Positions 56,520-64,000 of a stretch of 64,000 nt of DNA are shown piece by piece. Source of the DNA: Bacteroidales bacterium (GTDB taxonomy: Bacteria; Bacteroidota; Bacteroidia; Bacteroidales; UBA932); assembly GCA_022508605.1 (NCBI GenBank), contig JAFLUX010000002.1, forward strand, positions 5,230 to 69,229, written 5' to 3'. The first letter of the stretch is position 1. Each line of letters starts with the position of its first letter. Below the pieces are notes generated by a model. The model was not told where the DNA came from and did not search any database. It saw only the letters and a program-made list of their open reading frames with translations. The translations under genes were made by a program, and so were the position numbers.

Positions 56520-57140
56520 TCAGTCTTTGTTTGCGGCCTTGCTCTTCACGTATGCCGCATTGAGGCCTTCGAGGAGCTTGTCCGTGATGTCGAGGCTCGG
56601 ATCCGCGGTGACGACGGGAGCGGGAAGTATTCCGCCCTGGGTGGTGAGAATCATGGCATAGCCCTTTTCGGCGTTGAACTCGTCGACGAAGGTCTTTATG
56701 GCGTCGGCTATCTGGTTCATCATCACCTGCTGCTCTTCAGCGATTTCCTGCTGCTTCTGAGCGGCATACTGCTGGAAGCTGTTCTGCTGCTCCTGGAGCT
56801 TCCTGCTCTGGATTTCGGCCACGGACTGGGTCATGAGCCCCTTGTTGATCTTGTCCTGGAACGCCTGGATGTCCTTTTCGAGCTTCGTGCCGCGGCGGTT
56901 CACCTCCTGGTTGATGCTGTTTATCTTGGTCTCCGCCACACTGCGCAGGTCGTTGGCCATGTCATATTCGTTCAGTATCCTGTCGAGGTCGAAGAAAACC
57001 ACGGCGCCGGCAGCGGCTGCAGGGGCGTCGGAAGCGACGGTGCCTGCGGGGGCGGCATTGTTGGTGCAGCCTGTCATGGTCGAAGAGAGGAGGGCGATTG
57101 CGCCCGCGGTGGCTATGAAGCCGAAAGCGATCTTTTTCAT
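56520..57140 (-). CDS. OmpH/Skp family protein (lipoprotein signal)
   Basis: MTGC lipobox; VFFDLD.IL, coiled coil, DITDKLLEGLN; -7 box TAAATTTG at 57173-57180. Confidence 0.8.
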   Translation of the reverse strand: MKKIAFGFIATAGAIALLSSTMTGCTNNAAPAGTVASDAPAAAAGAVVFFDLDRILNEYDMANDLRSVAETKINSINQEVNRRGTKLEKDIQAFQDKINKGLMTQSVAEIQSRKLQEQQNSFQQYAAQKQQEIAEEQQVMMNQIADAIKTFVDEFNAEKGYAMILTTQGGILPAPVVTADPSLDITDKLLEGLNAAYVKSKAANKD

Positions 57141-57181
57141 TTTTATTTTTGTGTTACTTTGATTGCAAATTGCAAATTTAA

Positions 57182-57901
57182 CTAAAATTTCCGAATCTCT
57201 GTAAGATAGGCCTTGATTGTGTTCTCAAGCCCCATATAAAGGGCGTCGCATATTATCGCGTGCCCTATCGACACTTCGTCGGTCCACGGAATGCTGCGGA
57301 TGAAATAGGCCAGGTTGTCGAGATTCAGGTCGTGGCCGGCATTCAGTCCGAGTCCGCAGTCCCGTGCCGCCTTTGCCGCAGCTACATAGGGCCTTACTGC
57401 CTCCTCCGGGTCGTGCGCATATTTGGCGGCGTAGCCCTCCGTGTACAGCTCCACCCTGTCCGCCCCGCATGCGGCGGCTCCTTCGACCATGGCAGGGTCG
57501 GGATTCACGAAGACGGACACCCTGATGCCGGCCTCCCGGAACCCGGAGCATATTTCGCGCAGGAAGTCCGCATTGCGGAGCGTGTCCCACCCGGCGTTGG
57601 ACGTCACGGCATCCGGGGCATCGGGCACGAGCGTCACCTGGTCCGGCCTGACGCGCAGCACGAGCTCGCGAAATTCCGGTATGGGATTTCCCTCGATGTT
57701 GAACTCCGTACCGAGCGCCGGGCGTATCTGCACCACATCGGAGTATCGTATGTGGCGTCCGTCGGGGCGCGGGTGCACGGTGATGCCTTCGGCGCCGAAA
57801 CGCTCGCAGTCCAGGGCGGCTTTGAACACATCCGGCATGCTGCCGCCGCGCGCATTGCGCAGGGTGGCTATTTTGTTTATGTTCACACTCAATTTTGTCA
57901 T
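57182..57901 (-). CDS. pdxJ: Pyridoxine 5'-phosphate synthase
   Basis: [45 protein letters not shown]. Confidence 0.97.
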   Translation of the reverse strand: MTKLSVNINKIATLRNARGGSMPDVFKAALDCERFGAEGITVHPRPDGRHIRYSDVVQIRPALGTEFNIEGNPIPEFRELVLRVRPDQVTLVPDAPDAVTSNAGWDTLRNADFLREICSGFREAGIRVSVFVNPDPAMVEGAAACGADRVELYTEGYAAKYAHDPEEAVRPYVAAAKAARDCGLGLNAGHDLNLDNLAYFIRSIPWTDEVSIGHAIICDALYMGLENTIKAYLTEIRKF

Positions 57902-57905
57902 ACTG

Positions 57906-57955
57906 CAAAATTATAAATTTCTGTCCGAAAATGTGGAAATATTGTGTTAAATTTG
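57906..57955. promoter_or_regulatory. Divergent -7 boxes for pdxJ (TAATTTTG, minus 57906-57913) and nadK (TAAATTTG, plus 57948-57955)
   Basis: Both match TAnnTTTG. Confidence 0.7.
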
Positions 57956-57964
57956 GCGTTTGAA

Positions 57965-58777
57965 ATGAAACTCGCCTACTATATCAAGGATTTTCGTCTC
58001 GAAAGCGACCCCGGTGTGCTCGGCTTGCTCTCGGAGTTGAGGGCCGCCGGCTTCGAGGCCGAGCCTGCGACCTGCCCGGAGGAGCTGGACGGGAGCGTGG
58101 GCATGCTCCTGAGCTTCGGCGGGGACGGCACGTATCTGTCTGCCGCTGCTATCGCCCGGAAGGCGGGATTGCCCGTGCTCGGAGTGAATTTCGGCCGCCT
58201 CGGATTCCTTTCTGAAAACCGTCCGGAAGATGTCGTGGCGGCGCTCCTGCACAAAGACTACTCCATACAGAACAGGGGCATGGTGAAGACCTGGGGCTGG
58301 GACGGCTGCACAGAGCCGGAATATGCCCTCAATGAAATATGCGTCCTCCGGAGGGGGGCGGCCATGCTCGGCATAGACGTGGAGGTGGATTCGCGCCCGC
58401 TGCCGACCTACTGGGCCGACGGCCTGCTCGTGGCCACGAGTTCGGGGTCTACCGCCTATTCCCTCAGCGCCGGAGGGCCTATCTGCCTGCCGGAGTCGCG
58501 GGTGCTCATAGTGTCTCCCGTGGCCCCGCACAATCTGAATGTCAGACCTCTCGTGGTGCCGGACACTGCGGATATCAGGATTTCTTTCCGCTCGCGCGAC
58601 TCTCTCGTGCGGCTGACGGCCGACAACCGCAGCTTCGATATCGCATCCGATGCCGTGCTGCACGCGTGCGCGGTGCCGGAATCCCTGCAGCGCGTCGTAC
58701 TGGGAGGGTCGAATTTCATAGAAGCGCTCCGCACCCGCCTGCTGTGGGGCGACGATGTCAGAAACGTAAGCAAATGA
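57965..58777 (+). CDS. nadK: NAD kinase
   Basis: GGDGTYL, GVNFGRLGFL, ALNE, DGLLVATSSGSTAYSLSAGGP. Confidence 0.95.
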   Translation: MKLAYYIKDFRLESDPGVLGLLSELRAAGFEAEPATCPEELDGSVGMLLSFGGDGTYLSAAAIARKAGLPVLGVNFGRLGFLSENRPEDVVAALLHKDYSIQNRGMVKTWGWDGCTEPEYALNEICVLRRGAAMLGIDVEVDSRPLPTYWADGLLVATSSGSTAYSLSAGGPICLPESRVLIVSPVAPHNLNVRPLVVPDTADIRISFRSRDSLVRLTADNRSFDIASDAVLHACAVPESLQRVVLGGSNFIEALRTRLLWGDDVRNVSK

Positions 58778-59460
58778 ATATGAAAGTTCCGTCATCCGTG
58801 CCAGGGCACGTCAGTTTCATCATGGACGGCAACGGCCGCTGGGCCGCCAAGAGAGGCAAAGACCGCATAAACGGGCATTTCGAGGGGGTGGAGAGCGTGC
58901 GCGCAATCATGGAGGCGAGCGTGGAGTGGGGAGTGAAGTATGTCTCTTTCTTCGCGTTCTCCGAGGAAAACTGGGGACGGCCCGAAAGCGAGGTGGAGGG
59001 GCTGATGAAGCTCATGCTGGACTCCATGGTGAAAGAGCTTCCCCTGATGCTCGGCAACGGCATACATTTCCGGGTGATAGGCAATATGGGGCGGCTCAGC
59101 GCTCGGCTCAGGGAGGCGATAGAGGAAATAGACCGCAAGACGGCGGGGGGCAAGAACCTTACGATGATACTTTTCCTCAGCTACAGCGGACGCTGGGACT
59201 TGCAGCAGGCCGCCTGCCGCATGGCAGATGCCGGGGCGCGCGAACTGGAACCCTATCTTGCCACGGCGGGCATCCCGGACCCGGACCTGATGATACGCAC
59301 ATCAGGCGAACAGCGCATAAGCAACTACATGCTCTGGCAGCTCGCCTACACAGAATTTGTGTTCACCGACACTCTTTGGCCCGATTTTAGAAAAGAAGAG
59401 TATCTTGCCGCGCTGGAAGAGTTCGCTTCACGGGACAGACGTTTCGGAAAAGTCAAATAA
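58774..59460 (+). CDS. uppS: Undecaprenyl diphosphate synthase
   Basis: IMDGNGRWA, FSEENWGRP, DLMIRTSGEQRISNYMLWQ; start at 58774 or 58780. Confidence 0.96.
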   Translation: MNMKVPSSVPGHVSFIMDGNGRWAAKRGKDRINGHFEGVESVRAIMEASVEWGVKYVSFFAFSEENWGRPESEVEGLMKLMLDSMVKELPLMLGNGIHFRVIGNMGRLSARLREAIEEIDRKTAGGKNLTMILFLSYSGRWDLQQAACRMADAGARELEPYLATAGIPDPDLMIRTSGEQRISNYMLWQLAYTEFVFTDTLWPDFRKEEYLAALEEFASRDRRFGKVK

Positions 59461-59465
59461 TTCCG

Positions 59466-59473
59466 TATATTTG
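59466..59473 (+). promoter_or_regulatory. -7 box TATATTTG for bamA
   Basis: Exact match 18 nt before ATG 59492. Confidence 0.7.
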
Positions 59474-59491
59474 CGCGTTTAATCTGAAGAA

Positions 59492-62083
59492 ATGGCAAAA
59501 AGATATATAGCAGTCCTCGTGCTGGTGCTCGCCTCCTGTCTGGTTTCGCAGGCTCAGGCCGGCAGCGTGGAGGTGGACTACAACAAGCCGAGGAAATACA
59601 TAGTCGGCGGCGTGGAAGTCGAAGGCAACAGTTTTTTCAGCGCCGAGCAGATAATTTCGCTCACCGGCCTGCAGAAAGGACTGGAGCTGACGGTCCCTTC
59701 CGACGATGTGACGGGGATAGTAAGACGCCTGTGGCTGCAGCGCTTCTTTGAAGACGTCTCACTGACCATAGACCATCTGAGCGAAAATGCCGACTCCGCA
59801 TATTTCAAGATTATCCTGAAAGAGCGCCCGCGAGTGTCCCACTGGTCTTTCTCCGGCATACGCTCCGGCGACAGGAAAGAGCTTCAGGACCGTCTTAACC
59901 TGCGCCGTGGCGGGGTGTTCTCGGAATACGTTGAAAAGACATCCGCCGACATCATCAAGCGCTTTTACGCCGAGAAAGGCTTCTTGAACGCATCCGTCAA
60001 GGCTGAAACGGCCGTGGACACCACCGTGCTGAACGCCATAACAGTCAACTTCGCCATAGACAAGGGGGAGAGGGTCAGAATCAAGGAAATCAACTTCATA
60101 GGGAACGAACACGTGTCCGACTTCAAGCTCGCCCGCTCCATGAAGAAGACGAAGTCGAACAAGATATACAACTTCTTCAACAGCAAGAAGTTCAATGAGA
60201 AAGAGTATATCAACGACAAGAAGACTGTGATTTCCGCATTCAACGAGGTGGGCTACCGCGATGCGAGGCTCGTGCGCGACTCCGTCTACTACATAGAGCC
60301 AAAGCGTCTTGCGATAGACCTCGAATTCGAAGAAGGGGACAAATATTATTTCGGCGACATCACCTGGACCGGCAATTCGGTGTACCCCACCGAGGCGCTG
60401 AACGAGATACTGCAACTCCAGAAAGGCGATGTCTACGATGTCGTTTCGATGGAAAAGCGTCTCAACGGCGGAGGCCGGCAGAATGACCTCGACGTGGGCA
60501 AGCTGTACAGGGAGAACGGATACCTTTTCGTCTCCATCACTCCGGTCGAGACCAACATACAGAACGACTCGGTGGATGTCGAGCTGCGCATATCGGAGGG
60601 CAAGCAGGCCACGCTGAACAACATAATAATCAACGGCAACGACCTCACGAACGAAAAGGTGGTGCGCCGCCAGATATTCACCCGTCCCGGCTATCTGTTC
60701 AGGCAGAGCGACTTTGAACGCTCCATAAGGGAAATCGCCTCCCTGGGCCAGTTCGACCCGGAGGCCATAATGGATCCGGACAGGGGATATACGATTATCC
60801 CCAACCAGCTCAACAGCACCGTAGACTTGGTCTATAACGTGACGGAGAAGCCGTCCAGCCAGCTCGAACTTTCCGGAGGATGGGGAGCGGGAACGTTCGT
60901 CGCCACCATAGGCGTGAGCTTCAACAACTTCTCCACCCACCGCTTCTTCGACAAGTCGGCCTGGCGCCCTGTCCCTCTCGGAGACGCGCAGAACCTGGCT
61001 TTCCGCTTCCAGACCAACGGCTCGTACTACACTGCCCTGTCGGCGAGTTTCGTGGAGCCCTGGCTCTTCGGCAAGAAACCCACTTCGCTCAACCTTTCGG
61101 CCTATTATACGAGGGCTACCAATTCCAACCTCTGGCTCGGCATCCTGAGCAACGACCAGCAGATGGAGGTGTTCGGCCTCTCGGCCTCTCTCGGCAACAG
61201 GTTGAAGTGGCCCGACAACTATTTCGTGCTCTACAACGGACTCAGCTGGCAGACATACCGGCTCAAGAACTGGACCAACTCCGGCTTCATATTCGACAAC
61301 GGCGTTTCCCACAACATCAGCTATACCGTCAACCTGCTCCGCAACTCCACGGATCAGCAGATATATCCCAGGCAGGGTTCCGACATGAGCATTTCGCTGT
61401 CGCTCACGCCTCCGTTCTCCCTGCTGCGCCGCTACGATTTCGACGCGGACGGCAAGCGGATAACCCAACGTGACGGCAAGGCCATCGGCTGGCGCGACAT
61501 TCAGTACGACAACTGGTCCGTGCAGGACAGGTACAAGTGGATAGAGTACCACAAGTGGAAGTTCTCGGCCGCGACTTACACCAAGCTCATAGGCGACCTC
61601 GTGCTGATGACGCGCGCGCAGTTCGGCTACCTCGGCTACTACAACCGCAACTGGGGCTATTCGCCTTTTGAAGGCTTCCTCGTGGGAGGCGACGGCATGT
61701 CCGGCTACTACACCTACGGCTCCGAGCTCGTGGCGCTCCGCGGCTACAGCAACAATTCGCTTACGCCTCTGGCAGTCACGCCTTACAATTCCGGAGGCAC
61801 TGCATACGCAGGAAACGTTTACGACAAGTTCACCGTGGAACTGCGCTATCCTGTCATACTCCAGCCCTCGTCTACCATTTTCGTGCTGACGTTCCTCGAA
61901 GGAGGCAACTGCTGGAGCGACATACGCAACTTCAATCCCTTCCAAATCAAGAGAAGCGCGGGAGTGGGCGTGCGCATCTTCCTGCCCATGATAGGTCTTC
62001 TGGGCGTGGACTGGGGCTACGGCTTCGACGACTCCCAGTACGGTGGAAGCCAGTTCCATTTCGTTATAGGTCAACAATTTTAA
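59492..62083 (+). CDS. bamA: Outer membrane protein assembly factor BamA
   Basis: POTRA repeats, LRGY motif, GVDWGYGFD, terminal GQQF. Confidence 0.96.
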   Translation: MAKRYIAVLVLVLASCLVSQAQAGSVEVDYNKPRKYIVGGVEVEGNSFFSAEQIISLTGLQKGLELTVPSDDVTGIVRRLWLQRFFEDVSLTIDHLSENADSAYFKIILKERPRVSHWSFSGIRSGDRKELQDRLNLRRGGVFSEYVEKTSADIIKRFYAEKGFLNASVKAETAVDTTVLNAITVNFAIDKGERVRIKEINFIGNEHVSDFKLARSMKKTKSNKIYNFFNSKKFNEKEYINDKKTVISAFNEVGYRDARLVRDSVYYIEPKRLAIDLEFEEGDKYYFGDITWTGNSVYPTEALNEILQLQKGDVYDVVSMEKRLNGGGRQNDLDVGKLYRENGYLFVSITPVETNIQNDSVDVELRISEGKQATLNNIIINGNDLTNEKVVRRQIFTRPGYLFRQSDFERSIREIASLGQFDPEAIMDPDRGYTIIPNQLNSTVDLVYNVTEKPSSQLELSGGWGAGTFVATIGVSFNNFSTHRFFDKSAWRPVPLGDAQNLAFRFQTNGSYYTALSASFVEPWLFGKKPTSLNLSAYYTRATNSNLWLGILSNDQQMEVFGLSASLGNRLKWPDNYFVLYNGLSWQTYRLKNWTNSGFIFDNGVSHNISYTVNLLRNSTDQQIYPRQGSDMSISLSLTPPFSLLRRYDFDADGKRITQRDGKAIGWRDIQYDNWSVQDRYKWIEYHKWKFSAATYTKLIGDLVLMTRAQFGYLGYYNRNWGYSPFEGFLVGGDGMSGYYTYGSELVALRGYSNNSLTPLAVTPYNSGGTAYAGNVYDKFTVELRYPVILQPSSTIFVLTFLEGGNCWSDIRNFNPFQIKRSAGVGVRIFLPMIGLLGVDWGYGFDDSQYGGSQFHFVIGQQF

Positions 62084-62100
62084 TGAAAGATAGTATTATT

Positions 62101-62658
62101 ATGAAAAAGATTTTTATGTTTGCCGCCCTGGCGATGATGAGCATGACTGTTTCTGCCCAGAAATTCGCGCATGTGAATCTTAACGAACTGGTTCAGCTCA
62201 TGCCTGAGATGGACGATGCCAGGTTGAAAATCGATGCAGCGAGCAGGGAAGCCGGCGATGCATATCAGGAGATGGTCAACGAGTTCAACACCAAGTATCA
62301 GGCCTATCAGCAGAAAGTCTCTACCTGGTCGCAGGCTACCCGCGAGACCAAGGAAAAGGAGCTTACCGACATCCAGCAGCGCATCCAGGAGTTTCAGCAG
62401 ACAGTGCAGGCTGAGCTTCAGCAGCAGCAGCAGACCCTGATGGCCCCTATCTACAAGAAGGCCCAGGACACCGTGGAGCAGCTCGGCAGGGAAGGCGGAT
62501 ACGTCTATGTGTTCGACGTGAATGCCGCCCTCTACATCGACCCCGCACAGAGCACCGACATCACGGCGGCCGCGAGGAAGATTCTCGGAATTTCCGATGA
62601 CCGCACTTTAGAGGCCCTGCAGAGGGAGCTTCAGGCCCAGGCCGCTATGGCGGAATAG
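62101..62658 (+). CDS. skp: Skp/OmpH periplasmic chaperone
   Basis: AQKFAHVN..LMPE, Gln-rich coiled coil, YVYVFD..DIT; follows bamA. Confidence 0.88.
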   Translation: MKKIFMFAALAMMSMTVSAQKFAHVNLNELVQLMPEMDDARLKIDAASREAGDAYQEMVNEFNTKYQAYQQKVSTWSQATRETKEKELTDIQQRIQEFQQTVQAELQQQQQTLMAPIYKKAQDTVEQLGREGGYVYVFDVNAALYIDPAQSTDITAAARKILGISDDRTLEALQRELQAQAAMAE

Positions 62659-62685
62659 CATATATTCCACATCTTAAAACAATCT

Positions 62686-64000
62686 ATGAAAACCACAGAA
62701 TTAATGGCCCGTCTCCAGGCCAAGTACCCCGGCGAGAAAGAATATCTCCAGGCGGTGCAGGAGGTCTTGGAATCAGTAGAAGAGGTGTATAACCAGCACC
62801 CGGAATTCGAGAAGGCCAAGATAGTCGAGCGCATGGTCGAACCGGACCGCATCTTCACCTTCCGCGTGACATGGGTCGACGACAGGGGAGAGGTGCAGAC
62901 CAATACCGGCTACCGCGTGCAGTTCAACAGCGCCATAGGCCCCTACAAGGGAGGACTTCGCTTCCACAGGGCAGTCACCCCGTCCATGCTGAAATTTCTC
63001 GGATTCGAACAGACATTCAAAAATGCCCTTACCACCCTGCCCATGGGCGGTGCGAAAGGCGGTTCCGACTTCGACCCCGTAGGAAAGAGCAACGATGAGA
63101 TAATGCGCTTCTGCCAGGCGTTCATGCTCGAGCTCTGGCAGTGCATAGGTCCCGACCAGGATATCCCTGCGGGAGACGTGGGGGTCGGGGGCCGTGAGAT
63201 AGGCTACCTTTACGGCATGTACAAAAAACTCGCGCGCGAGTACAATACCGGCGTCCTTACCGGCAAAGGCTCCACCTGGGGCGGCAGCATACTGCGCCCG
63301 GAGGCCACGGGTTTCGGAGCGCTGTATTTCACTCAGAATCTTCTGCACAAGGCAGGCAAGGATATCAGGGGCTGCCGCGTGGCCGTGTCCGGCTTCGGCA
63401 ATGTGGCGTGGGGTGCCTGTATAAAGGCCACCGAACTTGGCGCCAAGGTAGTGGCGATTTCCGGCCCTGACGGGGTCTGCGAGATTCCCGACGGCATCAC
63501 GAAGGAGATGATAGACTACATGCTTGTCATGCGCGCTTCCAACCGCAACAGGGTGGAGGACATGGCGGAGCGTTTCCCCGGGGCATGCCGCTTCTTCGCA
63601 GGCAAAAAGGCCTGGAGCGTAAAATGCGATGTGGCCCTGCCGTGCGCTTTTCAGAACGAACTTTCCGAGGATGATGCGCGGGAGCTTAAGGAGAACGGCT
63701 GCTGGTGTTGCTGCGAGGTCAGCAACATGGGATGCCAGCCGGAGGCCATCCACTACTTCCAGAACAACGGAGTGCTTTTTGCCCCTGGCAAGGCAGTGAA
63801 TGCCGGCGGAGTGGCGACATCCGGTCTTGAGATGACGCAGAATGCCTCACACATAAGCTGGAGCGGCTCCGAGGTGGATGCCAAGCTGCATTATATCATG
63901 GATTCCATACACGAGCAGTGCGTGAAATACGGGACCCGTCCGGACGGGAGCGTCGACTATGTCAAAGGCGCGAATATCGCCGGCTTCATGAAGGTCGCGA
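62686..64000 (+). CDS. gdh: Glutamate dehydrogenase (partial, runs off the window; Bacteroides GdhB-like)
   Basis: Hand translation MKTTELMARLQAKYPGEKEY..GPYKGGLRFH..LPMGGAKGGSDF..PAGDVGVG..SGFGNVAWG..KGANIAGFMKVA. Confidence 0.95.
   Translation, partial: MKTTELMARLQAKYPGEKEYLQAVQEVLESVEEVYNQHPEFEKAKIVERMVEPDRIFTFRVTWVDDRGEVQTNTGYRVQFNSAIGPYKGGLRFHRAVTPSMLKFLGFEQTFKNALTTLPMGGAKGGSDFDPVGKSNDEIMRFCQAFMLELWQCIGPDQDIPAGDVGVGGREIGYLYGMYKKLAREYNTGVLTGKGSTWGGSILRPEATGFGALYFTQNLLHKAGKDIRGCRVAVSGFGNVAWGACIKATELGAKVVAISGPDGVCEIPDGITKEMIDYMLVMRASNRNRVEDMAERFPGACRFFAGKKAWSVKCDVALPCAFQNELSEDDARELKENGCWCCCEVSNMGCQPEAIHYFQNNGVLFAPGKAVNAGGVATSGLEMTQNASHISWSGSEVDAKLHYIMDSIHEQCVKYGTRPDGSVDYVKGANIAGFMKVA

Noticed and set aside
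157-63753. Many long antisense or alternate-frame ORFs (e.g. 2413-3486, 14058-16097, 20244-22466, 59759-62077)
   Set aside because: They shadow well-identified genes, lack family motifs, and are expected from GC-rich codon bias that suppresses stops on the opposite strand.
1-64000. CRISPR array, integrase, transposase, rRNA, riboswitch
   Set aside because: No regularly spaced repeat-spacer units, recombinase motifs or recognisable RNA consensus found by eye; a covariance-model scan was not possible.

Overview
64 kb of a GC-rich Bacteroidales-type chromosome. The taxonomy is inferred from SusC/SusD, TAnnTTTG promoters, DUF4295 after rpmB-rpmG and a dcw cluster without murF. Left end: a susCD pair, two tandem lipoprotein calcineurin-like phosphoesterases, a YD-repeat lipoprotein and a PHP phosphoesterase, together a candidate phosphoester-utilisation locus with no glycoside hydrolase. 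Core housekeeping blocks follow: truB-rpiB, thrS-infC-rpmI-rplT-lepB, rpmB-rpmG-DUF4295-ftsY-pheT-deoC. tRNA-Leu(CAG) is followed by a small accessory islet (low-GC lipoprotein, ECF sigma remnant, PPC protein, AAA/DUF4143 ATPase). Next come gltX with the dcw cluster, an rpoN-to-pdxJ minus-strand run, and nadK-uppS-bamA-skp-gdh (truncated by the window end). I saw no CRISPR array, integrase or transposase. All product calls come from motif recognition and recalled family consensus; no database search was run. The best leads are the phosphoesterase susCD locus, a TGS-less ThrRS within a wider pattern of trimmed proteins, several apparently leaderless genes, a lone strong SD before DUF4295, and a degenerate-zincin lipoprotein paired with DUF3575.
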